Positions 41,631 through 56,562 of a DNA stretch of 64,000 nt are shown piece after piece; within the stretch, counting starts at the first letter, position 1, and the number at the start of each line of letters is the position of its first letter. The stretch is taken from assembly GCF_009914755.1 (NCBI RefSeq), contig NC_060937.1; one strand, written 5' to 3'. A model generated the notes under the pieces. It did not search any database. It was not told where the DNA came from and saw nothing but the letters and a program-made list of their open reading frames with translations. The DNA is from the human T2T-CHM13v2.0 reference genome, Homo sapiens. The position numbers and the translations under genes are program-made.

Positions 41631-44127
41631 AGGTCAAGAGGTCATGTTTTTAAAAAGAAGATGCATATGGATTGGCAGAAAGGGGAAAGGAGAATCATCT
41701 ACTACCATCTAACAGAATGGAATTTCTGGAGGGCTCGTAGTTCCGTGGTATATAAAATAAATATAACTCTTATTGAAGTTTTAGGCTGGAAAACCGATTT
41801 TGTTTTTGTTTTATTCTTGTGATTTTCCTTCATTACATAAGTGTCTTTAACTAAGGTAAAGTTTTAGATAAAACAAAGGCCTAGGTAGGTCTGGAATACA
41901 CTTGAGCCCCGAAGGTTTTCATTTCCTAATGATAATGAGTAAAATAAGTTGCCAATTGTGGCTATGAAATATCATTCTCTAATAAAACAGGTTAGAATGT
42001 TAACAGCCTGGTGGATTGGTAGATGTTTGGCCTTCCCTGAAGGACAGGGAACTGGGGACCAGCTTTTTTTCTTGAGGGCCTGTCACATCTGTGTTTTGCA
42101 GACTGCCCAGTAGCTAATTTAAAAATAAGTTTCTAAAATTACCTACTTGTTTTTGGCTTTGTTGTAGTGTCAGCTGTGATTCCGGTCAGTTGTAACTATT
42201 GACAAGATCTAAAATTCAGATTTGGAGTTATTTGCTGTGTACTCCACACTCCCGCTCTTTGGCAGTTATGCATGTGTGATTTTTGCAGGAATAGCTTTCT
42301 AACAGAAATGTGGACACAAGAGTTTATTTTTCTCCATCATAACTCAGCTCTCCACTTCTTCCTGAGACTGATCATTTTTTGAGGCAGGAGCATAACACCT
42401 TCTCTAGGATTTGTCAGCTTCTAAAAAGAGCCTTTTGTAAGGACTTGTATGAGCTTGGGTTTCACCATCATTACTGGGGAGGCACTAAGACTGCACATAT
42501 CTCTGGGTGAAGTAATGTCTACACAACACCTTTCATAGCAATAGTTCCCAGCTAGCATACCTGCTTCTGCCAGTACAGAGCCAAAAAAAAAAAAAAAAAA
42601 AATTAAGTACTTTAATGCCAATACCCCCCACCATGGGAAAAATAAACTGTAAAAATGGCATCATTACCAACAGCTCATGTGATAGGAGGGAACTGACCTT
42701 GATTTGGCACCCAATCCACCTTTTTTTAATTCAATTTTCTTTCTCAAAAAAATGTGATAAAATGCACATAGCATAACATTTACTATTTTATAGTTTGCCA
42801 TACATGGCAGTTGGTAGAGTCACAGTGTTGTATAACCATTACCACTACCTAGTTCCAGAATATTTTCATCTCCCCAAAAGGGAACCCCATATGTGTGACG
42901 CAGTCCTTCCCACTTCCTTTCCCCCACCTCCCTGCCCTACAGCCCCTGGCAAACACGAGCCTGTTTTCAGTCTTTACATATTTGCCTATTTTGGACATTT
43001 CATATAATCATGTAATACACAGCCTTTGAGGTTGGGCTTCTTTCACTTAGCATAATATTTTCAGTCTTTATCCCTGAAGTATGTATCCATCTGTACCATA
43101 TTTCTTTATATGGCTGAATAATTCTCCATTGTATGCATAGACCACATTTGCTTACACATTTGTCAGTTGGTGGACATTTGGGTCGTTTCTACTTTTGGCT
43201 TTTGTGAATAACGCAGCTAGGGATATTGTACTGGTATCTGTCTGAGTCCATTTTCCATTCATTTGGGTATATTCTTAGGAATGGAATTGGTGAGTGATGA
43301 GATAATTCTGTGTCTAACTTACCAAGGAACAGTGGCTGCACCATTTTACATCTCACCAAGTAATGTGCAAGAGTTCCAGTTTCTCCATATCCTCTCCAAC
43401 ACTTATTTTCTGAGTTATTTTGGTTTTGGGGTTTTTTTAATAGCCATCCTAGTATGTGTGAAGTGCTATCTCATGGTAGTTTTGATTTGCATTTCCCTAA
43501 TGACTAATGATACTGATTATCTTCATGTGCTTTTTGGCTATTGTGTATTTTCTTTGAATAAGGGTCTATTGAAGTCCTTTGCCCATTTTTTAATCAAGTT
43601 GTTTGTTTTTTTGCTTTTGAGTTGTAGGTGTTCTTTATATATTCTGGATACTAGACCTTTATCAGATATGATTTGCAAATATTTTCTCCCATTTTGTAGT
43701 TGTCTTTTCATTTCCTTGATAATGACCTTTGATGCACAAAAGTTTTTAATTTCCATGAAGTCCCATTTATCTGTCTTTTATTTTGTTACTTGCATTTGGC
43801 CATTGCCAAAGCCAAGGTCATAAAGATTTGCCCCTGTATTTTCCTCTAAGATTTATATTGTTCTAGCTCTTATATTTATGCTTTTTATTAATATTAATTA
43901 ACAAACTGTAATTTATAAGCCTCTGGGGTACAAAGTTATGTTTTGATACAGCTATACAATGTGAAATGATTAAATCAAGCTAATTAACATTGTCATCACC
44001 TCACCAACTTATCATTTTTTGTGATGAGACATTTGAAATTTACTCTTAGTTATTCTGAAGTATATAACACATTATTATTGACTATAGTTACCCTGTTGTG
44101 CAATAGATCTTAAAACTTACTCCTTTT

Positions 44128-44460
44128 GATGAGTTCATGTCCTTCATAGCAACATGGATGAAGCTGGAAACCATCATTCTGAGAAAACTATCACAAGGAC
44201 AGAAAACCAAACACCACATGTTCTCACTCATAGGTGGGAACTGAACAGTGAGAACACTTGGACACGGTGGGGGAACATCACACACCAGGGCCTGTCGTGG
44301 GGTGGGGGGATGGGGGAGGGATAGCATCAGGAAAAATACCTAATGTAAATGACAAGTTAATGGGTGCAGCAAACCAACACGGCACATGTATACATATGTA
44401 ACAAACCTGCAGGCTGTGCACATGTACCCTAGAACTTAAAGTATTAAAAAAAAAAAAAAA
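44128..44460 (+). mobile_element. 5'-truncated L1PA (about 330 bp) with poly(A)
   Basis: ORF2 end plus 3'UTR plus A-tail; TSD aaaacttactcctttt / aaaactcactcctttt. Confidence 0.94.
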
Positions 44461-44729
44461 ACTCACTCCTTTTGTCTAATTGAAATTTTGTACCCTTTGA
44501 CCAACAGCTCGTCATTCCCTCACTCCTCCACTCTCAACCCCAGCCTCTGGTAACCATCATTGTACTTTCTACTTCTATGAGTTCAACTTTTTAAGATTCC
44601 ATATATAAATGAGATCATGCAGCACTTGTCTTACTGTGCCCGGTTTATTTCATTTAGCATAGTGTCCTCTTGGTTTATCCATGTTATAGCAAACGATAGG
44701 ATGTCCTTTTTAAGGCTGAATAGTATTCC

Positions 44730-44731
<2 letters not shown>

Positions 44732-44766
<35 letters not shown>
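44732..44766 (+). repeat. (TG)~17 microsatellite
   Basis: Seen directly, inside the L1MA-like element. Confidence 0.95.
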
Positions 44767-44770
<4 letters not shown>

Positions 44771-47700
44771 ACCACAGTTTCTTCATCCACTCATTCATTG
44801 ATGGACACCTAGGTTGATTTCCTATCATGGCTATTATGAATAATGCTGGAGTGAACAGAGGAGTGCAGATATCCCTTCAGCATACTGATTTCCACTCCTT
44901 TGGATTATATACCCAGAAGTGAGATTGCTGGATCATATGATAGTTCTATTTTTAATTTTTTGGAGGAACTTCCACTGTTTTCCATAGTAGCTATACTAAT
45001 TTGTATTCCCATCAACAGTGTACAGGGGTTCCTTTTTCTCTGCATTCTCACCAATACTTGTTAGCTTTCTTTTTTTTTTTTTAATAATAGCCATTCTAAC
45101 AGATGTGAGGTAATATCTCATTGTGATTTTAACTGGCCTTTCTCTGATGGTTAGTTGTTTGATCATTCTTCATATACCTGTTGGTCATATGTATATCGTC
45201 TTTTAAGAAATGTCTATTCAGGTCCTTTGTTCTTTTTTTTTAATTGAGCTATGCTTTCTTGATATTGTTTGTGTTCCTTGTGTATTTTGGATATTAACCT
45301 CTTATCAGATGTATAGCTTGCAAATATTTTCTCTCACTCTTTAGGTTGTCTCTTCACTCTGTTGATTGTTTCCTTTGCTGTGCAGAAGCTCTATTGTTTG
45401 ATGTCATCCCATTTGTCTATTTTTGCTTTTGCTGCCTGTGCTTTCAGAGTTATATTCAAAAAATTACTGTCCAGACCAGTGTCATAGACCTTTCCCCTAT
45501 CTTCCTCCAGCAGTTTTAGTTTCAACTCGTATATATAAGTCTTTAATTCATTTTGAGTTGTTTTTGTATATGGTGTGAGATAAGGGTCAAGTTTCATTCT
45601 TCTGCATGTGAATATCCAGTTTGCCACCACCATTTATTAAAGATGCTGCTTTTTCTTCATTGTGTGTTATTAGCACCTTTGTTGAAAATCAGTTGACCAT
45701 AAATGTATGGGTTTATTTCTGGCAGTCTAGCCTGTTCCGTTGGTCAATGCATCTGTTTTTATGCCAGTACCATGCCATTTTATTTGCAATAGCTTTATAA
45801 CATATTTTGAACACAGGGAGTGTGATGCCTTCAGCCTTTTTCTTAGTGCTCAAGATTGTTTTGGCTATTGAGGGTCTTTTGTGGTTCCATATAATCTTAA
45901 GGATTATCTTTTTCTCTTTCTGTGAAAAATGACATTGCCATTTTGATAGGGATTGCATTGAATCTGTAGATCACTTTGTGTAGTATGATTATTTTAACAA
46001 TAGTGTTGTTTTACAGTTCATGAGCATAGCATCCCATTTACTTGTATTTTCTGCAATTATTTCATCAGTGTTTTGTAGTTTTCTCTATATAGTCTTTTAC
46101 CCCTTGATTAAATTTACACTTAAGTATTTTGTGTTGTTGTTGTGCTTGTAAATGGAATTGCTTTCTTAATTTCATTTTTGGATAGTTCATTATTAATATA
46201 TAAAAACACTACTCATTTCTGTATGTTGATCTTGTATCCTGCAACCTTACTAAATTTACTAGTTCTAAACAGTTTTTTGGTGGAGTCTTTAGGATTTTCT
46301 ATACATAGCATTATGTGTACCAACAAACAGAGATAATTTTGCTTTTTTCTTTCCTATCAGGATACCTTATATTACCCTCTTGCCTAATGGCTCTGGCTGG
46401 GACTTTCAGTTCTATGTTGAAAAGAATTGGCAAGAGTGGGCATCCTTGTCTTGTTTCTAACCTTAGAGGAAAAGCTTTCAACTTCTCACCATTGAGTATG
46501 ATGTTAGCTATGGGTTTGTCATATATCCTTTATTGTGTTGAGATATATTCCCTCTATAACTAATCTGTTGAGTTTTATCATGAAGAGGTGTTGATTGGCT
46601 TTTCTGCATCTATTGAGATGATCATATGGTTTTTATATTTCATTTTGTTAATGTAGTGTTTATAGATTTGTGTATATTGAACCATCCTTGTATCCCAGGC
46701 ACAAATCCCACATGACCATGGTGAATGATTCTTTCAATGTGTTGTTAAGTTCAGTTTGCTAATATTTTGTTGAGGATTTTTGTATATATAGTCATCAGGG
46801 ATATTAGCCTGTAATTTTTTTTTCTTGTGATTCCTTGTCTGGCTTTGGTATCAGGGTAATGCTGACTTTGTAAAATGGGTTTGGAAGTATCCCTTCCACT
46901 TCAGTATTTTGGAAAAGTTTGAGAATTGGTATTAGTTCTTTAAGTGTTTGGTAGAATTCAGAAAAGCAGCCATCAGGTCTTGGCCTTTTCTTTGATGGGA
47001 GATTTTTTACTAGAGATCCAATCTCCTTCCTTGTTATTGGTCAGTTGTGATAGGTTGTAAGTGTCTAGGAACTTAACATTTCTTCTAGATTATCCAATTT
47101 GTTGCCATATGATTGTTTGTAGTAATATCTAATGACCCTTTACGTTTCTGTGGTATCTGTTATAGTGTCTCAACTTTCAATTCTCACTTTATTTGCGTCT
47201 CTCCTTTTTTTCCTAGTCAGTCTAGCTAGGAGTTTGTAGATCTTATCTTTGGAAAAAAACAACTTTTAGTTTCACTGATATTTTTCCATTGTTTTTGTAG
47301 TCTCTGTTTCATTTATTTCTGCTCTGATCTTTTTTGTTTCCTTCCTTCTGCCAACTTTAGGCTTAGTTTGTTCTTCCTTTTGTAGTTCCTCAAAGTGTAA
47401 CATTAGGTTGTTTATTTCTTCTCTTTTGATATAGACATTTATTTCTATAAGTTCCCTTCTTAAGATTGCTTTTGCTGCAACCCATAAATTTAGATATGCT
47501 GTGTTTCCATTTTCATTTGTTTCAAATATATTTGTATCTTTGATCCATTTTAAGTTAATTTTTGTATGTGGTGGGAAGGGCCCAATTCCATTGTTTGGCA
47601 TGTAGAAATCTAGTTGTCCCAGCACCATTTGCTGGAGAGATTATTCTTTTATTATTGAATGGTCTTCACATCCATGTCAAAAATTAAGTGACCATTGATG

Positions 47701-49439
47701 TATGGGTTTATTTCTGGACTCTCAATTATATTCTCTTGATTTGTAAGTCTATGTCAGTACCATGCTATTTTTATTACTGTAGTTTAGTAATAAGTTTTGA
47801 AATAGGTATGTGTGAGTTCTATGACTTTGTTCTTTTTTCAACATTATTTTGGTTATTTTGGGTCCCTTATAATTCCATGTGAATCTTAAGATCAGCTTTT
47901 CTATCTTTGCAAACAAACAAACAAAAAAAACCATTGGGATTTTGATAGGAGTTACACTGAATCTGTAAAACACTTTGACTAGTATTGCTATCTTAACAGT
48001 ATCATCTTTCAATCTGTGAACACAGGGTATTTTTCAATTTATTTGGGATGTCTTTAATGTTTTCAGAAGTGTTTTATAGTTTTTTTATGTATGAGTGTGG
48101 CACCTCTTTGGTTAAAATTATTCCCGAGTATTTTATTCCTTTTGATTATAAATTGGATTGTTTTCTTAATTTTCTTATCAGATTGTACATTGCTATTATA
48201 TTTGTATACTACTGATTTTTATTGGTTCACCTGGTATCCTGCAACTTTACTGAGTTTATTAACTCCCGTAATTTGAATATGTGTGTTTGTGTATATTCTT
48301 CATCATATAAGATCATGTCATGTACAAATAGAGATAGTTTTACTTCTTTCTTTCATATTTGGATGTATTTTATTTCTTTTTCTTGCCAAACTGCTTTGGT
48401 TAGAACTTCAGTAAGTTTGTTGAATAGAAGTGCTGAAAGTTGGCATCCTTGTCTTCTTCTTGAACATGGAAAGATGGCTTTCAGTCTTTTACCATTAAGT
48501 ATGATGTTAACTTTGGGTTTTTTTAAATTAATGCTCTTTTCATGATAAGGAATTTCCCTTATATCTTTAGCATTTTCCACAATAAAAATATCATGAAAGA
48601 GTACTGAATTTTGTCAGGTGCTTTTTCTGCATCAATTGAAATGATCATGTGATATTTTTTCCTACATTCTATTAATGCGGTATATTATATTGCTTGATTT
48701 TTATATGTTGAACCACCCTTGCATTCCAGGGATAAATCTCATTTGGTCATAGTATATAATTTTTTAAATATACTAAACTTAGTTTGCTAGTATTTTGTTA
48801 ATTTAGTATTCATATACTGAATTTAGTTTGCTAGAATTTAGTATTTTAAAGAGATTCTCTCTTTAAAAAAAAAAAGGAAAACATAGATCTAAATTGCTTT
48901 TTCTGTGCCAATCTGTACTCCTCTTTTCTTCTCATTATTTCAGAATTAACCAAAGTAAATATTTTGTTGTGTTTTGTTCACCTTTTTTACTTTGTTTTTG
49001 TGAACAGATAGCTTCCAAACCATATATAGATGATATAATATTGTAAATGGTAAATGTTATCCTTTCTTACCCATTTCAATCTTGAGCTTTTCCAACATTA
49101 TTGTTCATGAGAAATTTTAGTTACAACTATTCACAATGGTCTCCTTTCCTCCAAAGAAGAGAAGGGTAAATTGGAAAAATAATGTTCCTTGACATTTCAA
49201 CATTGGAGTGCATGGAGAAATCAGTGCTTCCTACACCTCCAGTAGAGTGTTTTTATAAGCTCTGGTTCCTGTTTTATGACCTCTAAAGCTTTGTCATATC
49301 CTTTGCTGTTTTAAAAGTTTCAGAAAAGGTTGTTCCTAAGGATAGCAAGACTCTGCAAAGAATAGTTCTGTGATCTTGTTCTGTAGACATGGTGTTTTCC
49401 AGTAGTTGGTTCAGTGAAATAACAGATTATTTATAGAAA

Positions 49440-50800
49440 CCAGGTGGAGTCAATATGATGGACTGAGCTAACTCAGAAAAGATCCTTCCAAACACACATA
49501 CATGTTAGGTGAAATATAAACAAAGGCAGGCTCTCAAAACATAACTAAGCTCAAAAGAACGAGAAATAAATCCAGATACCAAAAACAGAGGCATCAAAGC
49601 CAGCAGGGTTAGAGGAGGTGAAGCCAAGGAGGCTGCATGGGAGTATCAGACCATGCAAAGGGCTCAGAGGCAGAGGTTTCATGGGTTAATGCAGGGAGAG
49701 AACAGCTTAGTCCCATGTGAGATATAACAGAACCCTATGCATAAAGTTGCAAATTTTGTAGGGATGCCATTTTAGTGAAACAGAAACTAGAAAAATTTTT
49801 CTCCTTAGATTGACAGAGAAGCAATGAGTCATCCTGTGTGCCCAGGGAAATAGATGAAAGAAAGAATTACCCACTAGAAACTGGAAGCCCATGCTTATAT
49901 GAGAGGTCCAATTTCAGGCTTCCCAATGCTACATGCTAATATATTAATATACAAATTGATGTAACCCACAGGGCCCTAGCAGAGGCAAAAGAAAACTCAT
50001 TCTGAAGAACTAGAGCACACACAGGAAATGAACCACAATGAAGTAGAGAGTCCTTCTGTACTAAGGATAGGAAAATTAGCTTCCCACTAGCTGGAATTGC
50101 AAGGAAAGTCTGAAAGATTCTATAAAATAGTGATGAAAGAAGATACAGATATCAAAAAGCAAGAGAAGGGTAGTATGTAAGAACAGGTGGATTTGGAAGA
50201 AAAATAAAACATATAGACATGAAAAGTCCAGTGATTTAAATTAAAACATATTAGAAAATTTTAAAGTAGTTTAGATAAAGCTGAAGGGAGAAGGGGAATG
50301 AAAAACATGGGAGAGATTGAGGGATGTGGAAGATAGAATGAGATCAATATGGAGATACTGTAGATAGAAGCTCCAGGAGAAGGTAAAATAGAGAACGGAG
50401 GGGAGGCAGGAATCTCAGTGTTTTCTGTAAGTGAAGATCCACAAACATTCAAGCTGTTGTAGCTTTCCAGACCTGAGCAGCTGAACAGGATATAAAAACA
50501 AACCTATAACCAGTCATACTAAATATTGTCATGAAACTACAGCCCATCAAAGACAAAGGGAATTATTGTAAAAGCAACCAGAAGGAAAAGACAGATTCCC
50601 TGCAAAAAATGGCAAACTGAGTAGCCTTCAGTGCTGAAGACAAGAAGAGATGGAAAAATCAGAGTTGTGTGTTCTGAAGTGTTTGCATTATTGAAGAAGG
50701 GGGTTAAATTATTTTCTAACTTTTGACCTTGTCAAATATGAAGGCTAGAAATGTAAGGGTGACCACTGAAATAAATAATAAAGTATTCCTCTAAACCAAA
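49440..50800 (+). mobile_element. Highly degenerate old L1 (5'/ORF1 region)
   Basis: A-rich, with an ORF1-like segment (aaagacaaag...aaaagcaaccagaaggaaaagacagatt). Confidence 0.5.
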
Positions 50801-51630
50801 AAATAAAAGCAAAAAACATGATAAACAGGAAGCATAAAATAAATGACACCATTTATGCGTATTTTTAAATATAATTGGATATTAATTACCCATACATATC
50901 TATGAAGCAACAGTATGAAATATAGACTGGAAAGCTGTTTCTTTTTTATGGAAGGGAGAAGAATGGCGAGTATAAGGAATTTATATTTAAGACTTTATTA
51001 TTTTATTAAAATCTGAAGTAATCATAGTTAGGCCTGGTCCTGACATTTGCAGGACTTGGTATAAGAGTACCAGTGGAGACCTTGAACCACACATAAATAT
51101 GTGAAAGTTACAAATCAAGCTAGCAAAGAATTCTGTCCCTTCATGATGACACCTTCATAAAGCCTGGTGCGCTTCCTGATTCCTGGCTTATTTGAAGGCC
51201 TTAGCCAGAGTAAGGCAGCGTGGGAAAGAGCTCACTCCCTGGACACCCTCTCCATGCTTCAGAACCCCAGCTCTGCCCTGCACTGAGGGCATCTGCGCAC
51301 GTGTGGTGTGGTGAACATCCCAGCCCACACATCCAGGTTCTGTTCACATCCCCATGCAAAAAGCACCCCTTGGCCACCCCCACAGACCTGGAGTGTGCAC
51401 ATTGGCTATATGGTCTACTTTTAGGGGGATGGAGCTCAGGATGGAGTCAAGTTAGCCTTGGATGGAGGCCTGGGTGGTCATTGAGCAGGGACTTCTAGGG
51501 TCCCAAATAACTGAGGTGGTGGATGGCAGGCCTGGGCCATGGGAGGGTGTACCTCCTTGGCTGTGGACCCCTCACAGTGTGTGGAGGAAGGGCTGCGGCA
51601 CAGAGTGGGTCCCTCTGAAGCAAGAAGTCA

Positions 51631-51996
<366 letters not shown>

Positions 51997-53016
51997 CTAG
52001 GCGGCATCTAGGCGGCGTCTGCCAGCACAGGAGCCCTGCCAGCAAAGCCCCATCTGACCTTTGTCAAGTTATTTGACACAGCTGAGTCTGTTTTCTCACC
52101 TGCCTGGTGAGAGGCCAACATGTATAATTTCAATGATCCCTCCCATTTCTGAGGATCTGTGACATTCTCATAAGCCCCATCATGAGGAGGAGCTTCTGGG
52201 ATGGCCAGGGTGGTTCAGGAGGCATGTCCCTGTGGTCCAGGGGCATGGGGGCAGAGCCTAGTCCTGCATGGTCTCCAGCTTCTGAGAAAATAATGTGTCA
52301 GTTGCCCATTATGTCCCCATGTGGGGCCTGGCTGGTGAGGCTACCCTGGGGCCAGGCAGGGTGAGGGGCCCCCTCTGCACACAGTGCCCTTTATTTTGTG
52401 CAGGAGTCATGGCCAGTGCTGGGCACGTGTTGGACAGGGAGGACAGGCCCTTCTTTATACCTGCCACATTCTGAAACCAGGCAGCACAGGGAGCTGTGGA
52501 CAGTCGGTGATGGCAGCTACACAGAGGGACAGGTGCCACGGGCTCACTCCTCCTGTGTTTGCACAACCATGCCTTCCAGGGCAATTGCTCAGCCAGACCC
52601 GGTGAGATTAATTTGGCCCATGGAAGAAAGAGGAGACGGGAGGGAGGACCAGTGTGAAAGGATGGAGAAAGTATTTTTCTTCCTCAGCCATGAGACGTTT
52701 TGCCAAGCTTAGCTAGCTGAGGCTCACCCTTAATTGGGAATGAATTAAACATTGTTATTTCAACCAAGGCACTCAGAAATGCCCTCTCCTGGAAATTCAA
52801 AATGAACTTCAGCTCAAAGAACTGTGAAGAAGAGCCAGGGCCCCACTCCTCTTTCAATGGCCCTGAGGGAGCTAGGTGGGTCTGCAGTCATGGGAGGGGC
52901 CTCCTCAGGCTCCAGGCTCACTGATCGATCGGGGGCAGGGTACATGGGATTCAAGCACCTGCAGCTTCTTCTACAACTCCGTATCCCCTCACGTTCCCAC
53001 AAACGTAAGGGGGGTC

Positions 53017-53390
53017 TGTATTTGTCTGCCTGGGCTGCCGCAATAAAGTGCCATAGGCTGTGTGGCTTAAACAGCAGAAATTGAGTTTGTCACAGTCTGG
53101 AGGCTGGAAGTCCATACTCGAGCTACCTACAGATTGGTTTCTCATGCGAGCACTCCCCTTGGCTTACAGGTGGCTGTGTGCTCTGTGGTCTTCCCTCCGT
53201 GTATGCCTGTGTCCTCATCTCCTCTTCTTATTAGGACAGCAGCCATGCTGGATTAGGGCCCACCCTGATGACCTCATTTCACCTTAATTACCACTTTAAA
53301 GGCCCTGTTTCCAAATACAGTCCCATTCTGAGGTACTAGGGGTAAAGACTTCAACATGTGAATTTAGAGGGGACACCATTCAGCCCATAA
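53017..53390 (-). mobile_element. MaLR solo LTR (MLT1A-like)
   Basis: tgtatttgtctgcctgggctgcc...ggcttaaacagcagaaatt...ttctgaggtactagggg...attcagcccataa matches the MLT1 pattern. Confidence 0.85.
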
Positions 53391-53523
53391 TCTATTATGC
53401 CTCTAGGTCACTGGCAAACTCCTGTAATGACAAGCGAAATGAGAGCCTGATAGTAAAAATCAAAGCACTTTGACCTGCCTGGGCAGTTTTCAAGCAGTCC
53501 CTTTGGGCTTATAGAAATAAACA

Positions 53524-53893
<370 letters not shown>

Positions 53894-53989
53894 TCAGGAA
53901 AGGCAGGGACTGCTCCTTAGCCGTCTGTTTTAGAAGAAAACTCGCCTTGATGTTCATTGGGGTTCAAAATAATCAAGTTCTGCAGAACG

Positions 53990-54630
<641 letters not shown>

Positions 54631-55264
54631 AAGTGGAACTGCAAAATGTGTATTTGGCCCCAGGAACGTGCAGCTTGAGTGTAGGCAATTCCCTGGGACC
54701 ACAAAATCCGTAAACTTAAAATCCTGGTGTGGTTATGATCCTTCCGTCAGCCTCCCAAGAGGAGTTTTTTAAGGTTGAAGCAGTATGACCTTTAAACTGT
54801 TGCCCCTAAAGATAGCAATATGAACTGTTTTGTGTAGTGTTGCCATATTGATTGAAACAATGACCATCATTGGGGAAAAACATCATGCTTCTCCCAGGAA
54901 GGCTGCCCCACGTCTAAGCCTGGCGTCCCCCTGCCACCCCCGCCCCCACCTCCAGATTCCAGAGGAGAGTGGGAGGCTGTGAAACATCCCCTCTCCACTG
55001 CCCCCGACTTTGGAGCTCAGGGGGAGCTCATGGGCTTGTTTTTAGCAATCCAGTAATCAGATCCCAGCTGAGGCAGATCCAGGCCACCTTCCCCAGGGCC
55101 AAGGCCAACCCAGCCCTGCCTCTCTGTGTCCTGCGGCCTTCCCCAGCCCCCTCTCCACCCCCATCACGTGCACACGCCAGCTTTTCCTCCCATACTTACT
55201 CCCTGCCTCCCTTTCCCTTCCGGAGGAGTTTAGAGGGAAACGACTGGTAGAAAGAGATGAGTTG

Positions 55265-55575
<311 letters not shown>

Positions 55576-56107
55576 AGACAGATTTATGAACGTGAAGAAT
55601 CATTGTTCACACAGTACAGGCAGTGAAGGATCTGTGTTCTGTTGAGCTCTGCCTGTCAACAGGTATTTGCAGACTTTCTCAATGGAGAGAGAAGGAGGGA
55701 GACAGAGTATCATTGCTTTTCAGTAATCTACCCCCTGTCCTCACTTTCCCATGTGGAATATCGTATGGGAAGAAGGGGACTGACATGCTTCTGTCCTTTA
55801 ATGCTCCACTGCCCTGGGAGGTGGGTAATGCCACCCCAAGGACACAAAGCAGAGGCTCAGGTCAGAAAGTGGGTGGCCCAGCATTGCTCAGTGGCATGCC
55901 ATGAGGTCTGGATTGCAGCCTCAGACTCTGGCCCAAAAGAGAGGTAAGTCAAGAAGTTTGATGGGACAGGAGTGCTAACTGTAGGGCAGCCCTCTGGAGA
56001 TGGGCTGCCTGGGTTCCTGTCCCTGCTCCCCTGCTTTTTCGTGACCTTGGGCATGTTACTTAATGTCTGCTTCTGCATCTGTAAAGTTGGGTAATATGAG
56101 AACTTAC

Positions 56108-56562
56108 TGGATGCCAGAGGTTCAGTGTAGGTCCTGCCACCCACAGCTGCACAGAAAGCCAATCACTGAAACAACAATTATAGCCAAGGAAGAAGGCTTT
56201 ATCTGGTGCTATAGCCAAGGAGGTGGCAGATTAGTCTTAAATCCATATCCTTGACTGACTAAAATTAGGGGTTTATATAGCAGGGAAGAAATGTTAACAA
56301 TGTGTAAGAAAACAGGAATCAGTAGGGGTAAGGAAGCAATCAAGATGAATGAGGGGCTTAGCATCTCGTTGTCTGGATGAGATCATTGGGTGAGTTTCAG
56401 ATCTTTGCTACTTTTCGAGAGGCCTGTGGGTCCCTACCTAAGGAAGGAACTCAGATAAAACAAATACAAATGTCAAGCTTTAAGACCAGAAGGGTCATTT
56501 CTATGTTAAAAAAACAAAAAAACAAAAACAAAACTGTCTATGGGACTATTGGGTTGGTTTCA
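56108..56562 (-). mobile_element. Probable ERV1-class solo LTR inserted into a MIR
   Basis: About 450-bp block ending ...gggttggtttca. MIR halves lie either side (gtgaccttgggcatgttacttaa...catctgtaaa; ggaggattaaatgagat). Confidence 0.6.

Larger units (their letters stand above)
43880..47526 (-). mobile_element. L1MA-like element nested in the older L1
   Basis: A new L1 3' end begins at about 43880; ORF2-like remnants at 45391-45958 and 47272-47526. Confidence 0.85.
42720..48840 (-). mobile_element. Old L1 (L1MB-like), interrupted at about 43880-47526
   Basis: L1M 3' end at 42720. ORF2-like remnants (43538-43756, 47749-48012, 48353-48580) are collinear across the interruption. Confidence 0.85.

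Noticed and set aside
43263-48580. Multiple hydrophobic or Lys-rich ORFs
   Set aside because: Antisense and sense translations of decayed L1 ORF2.
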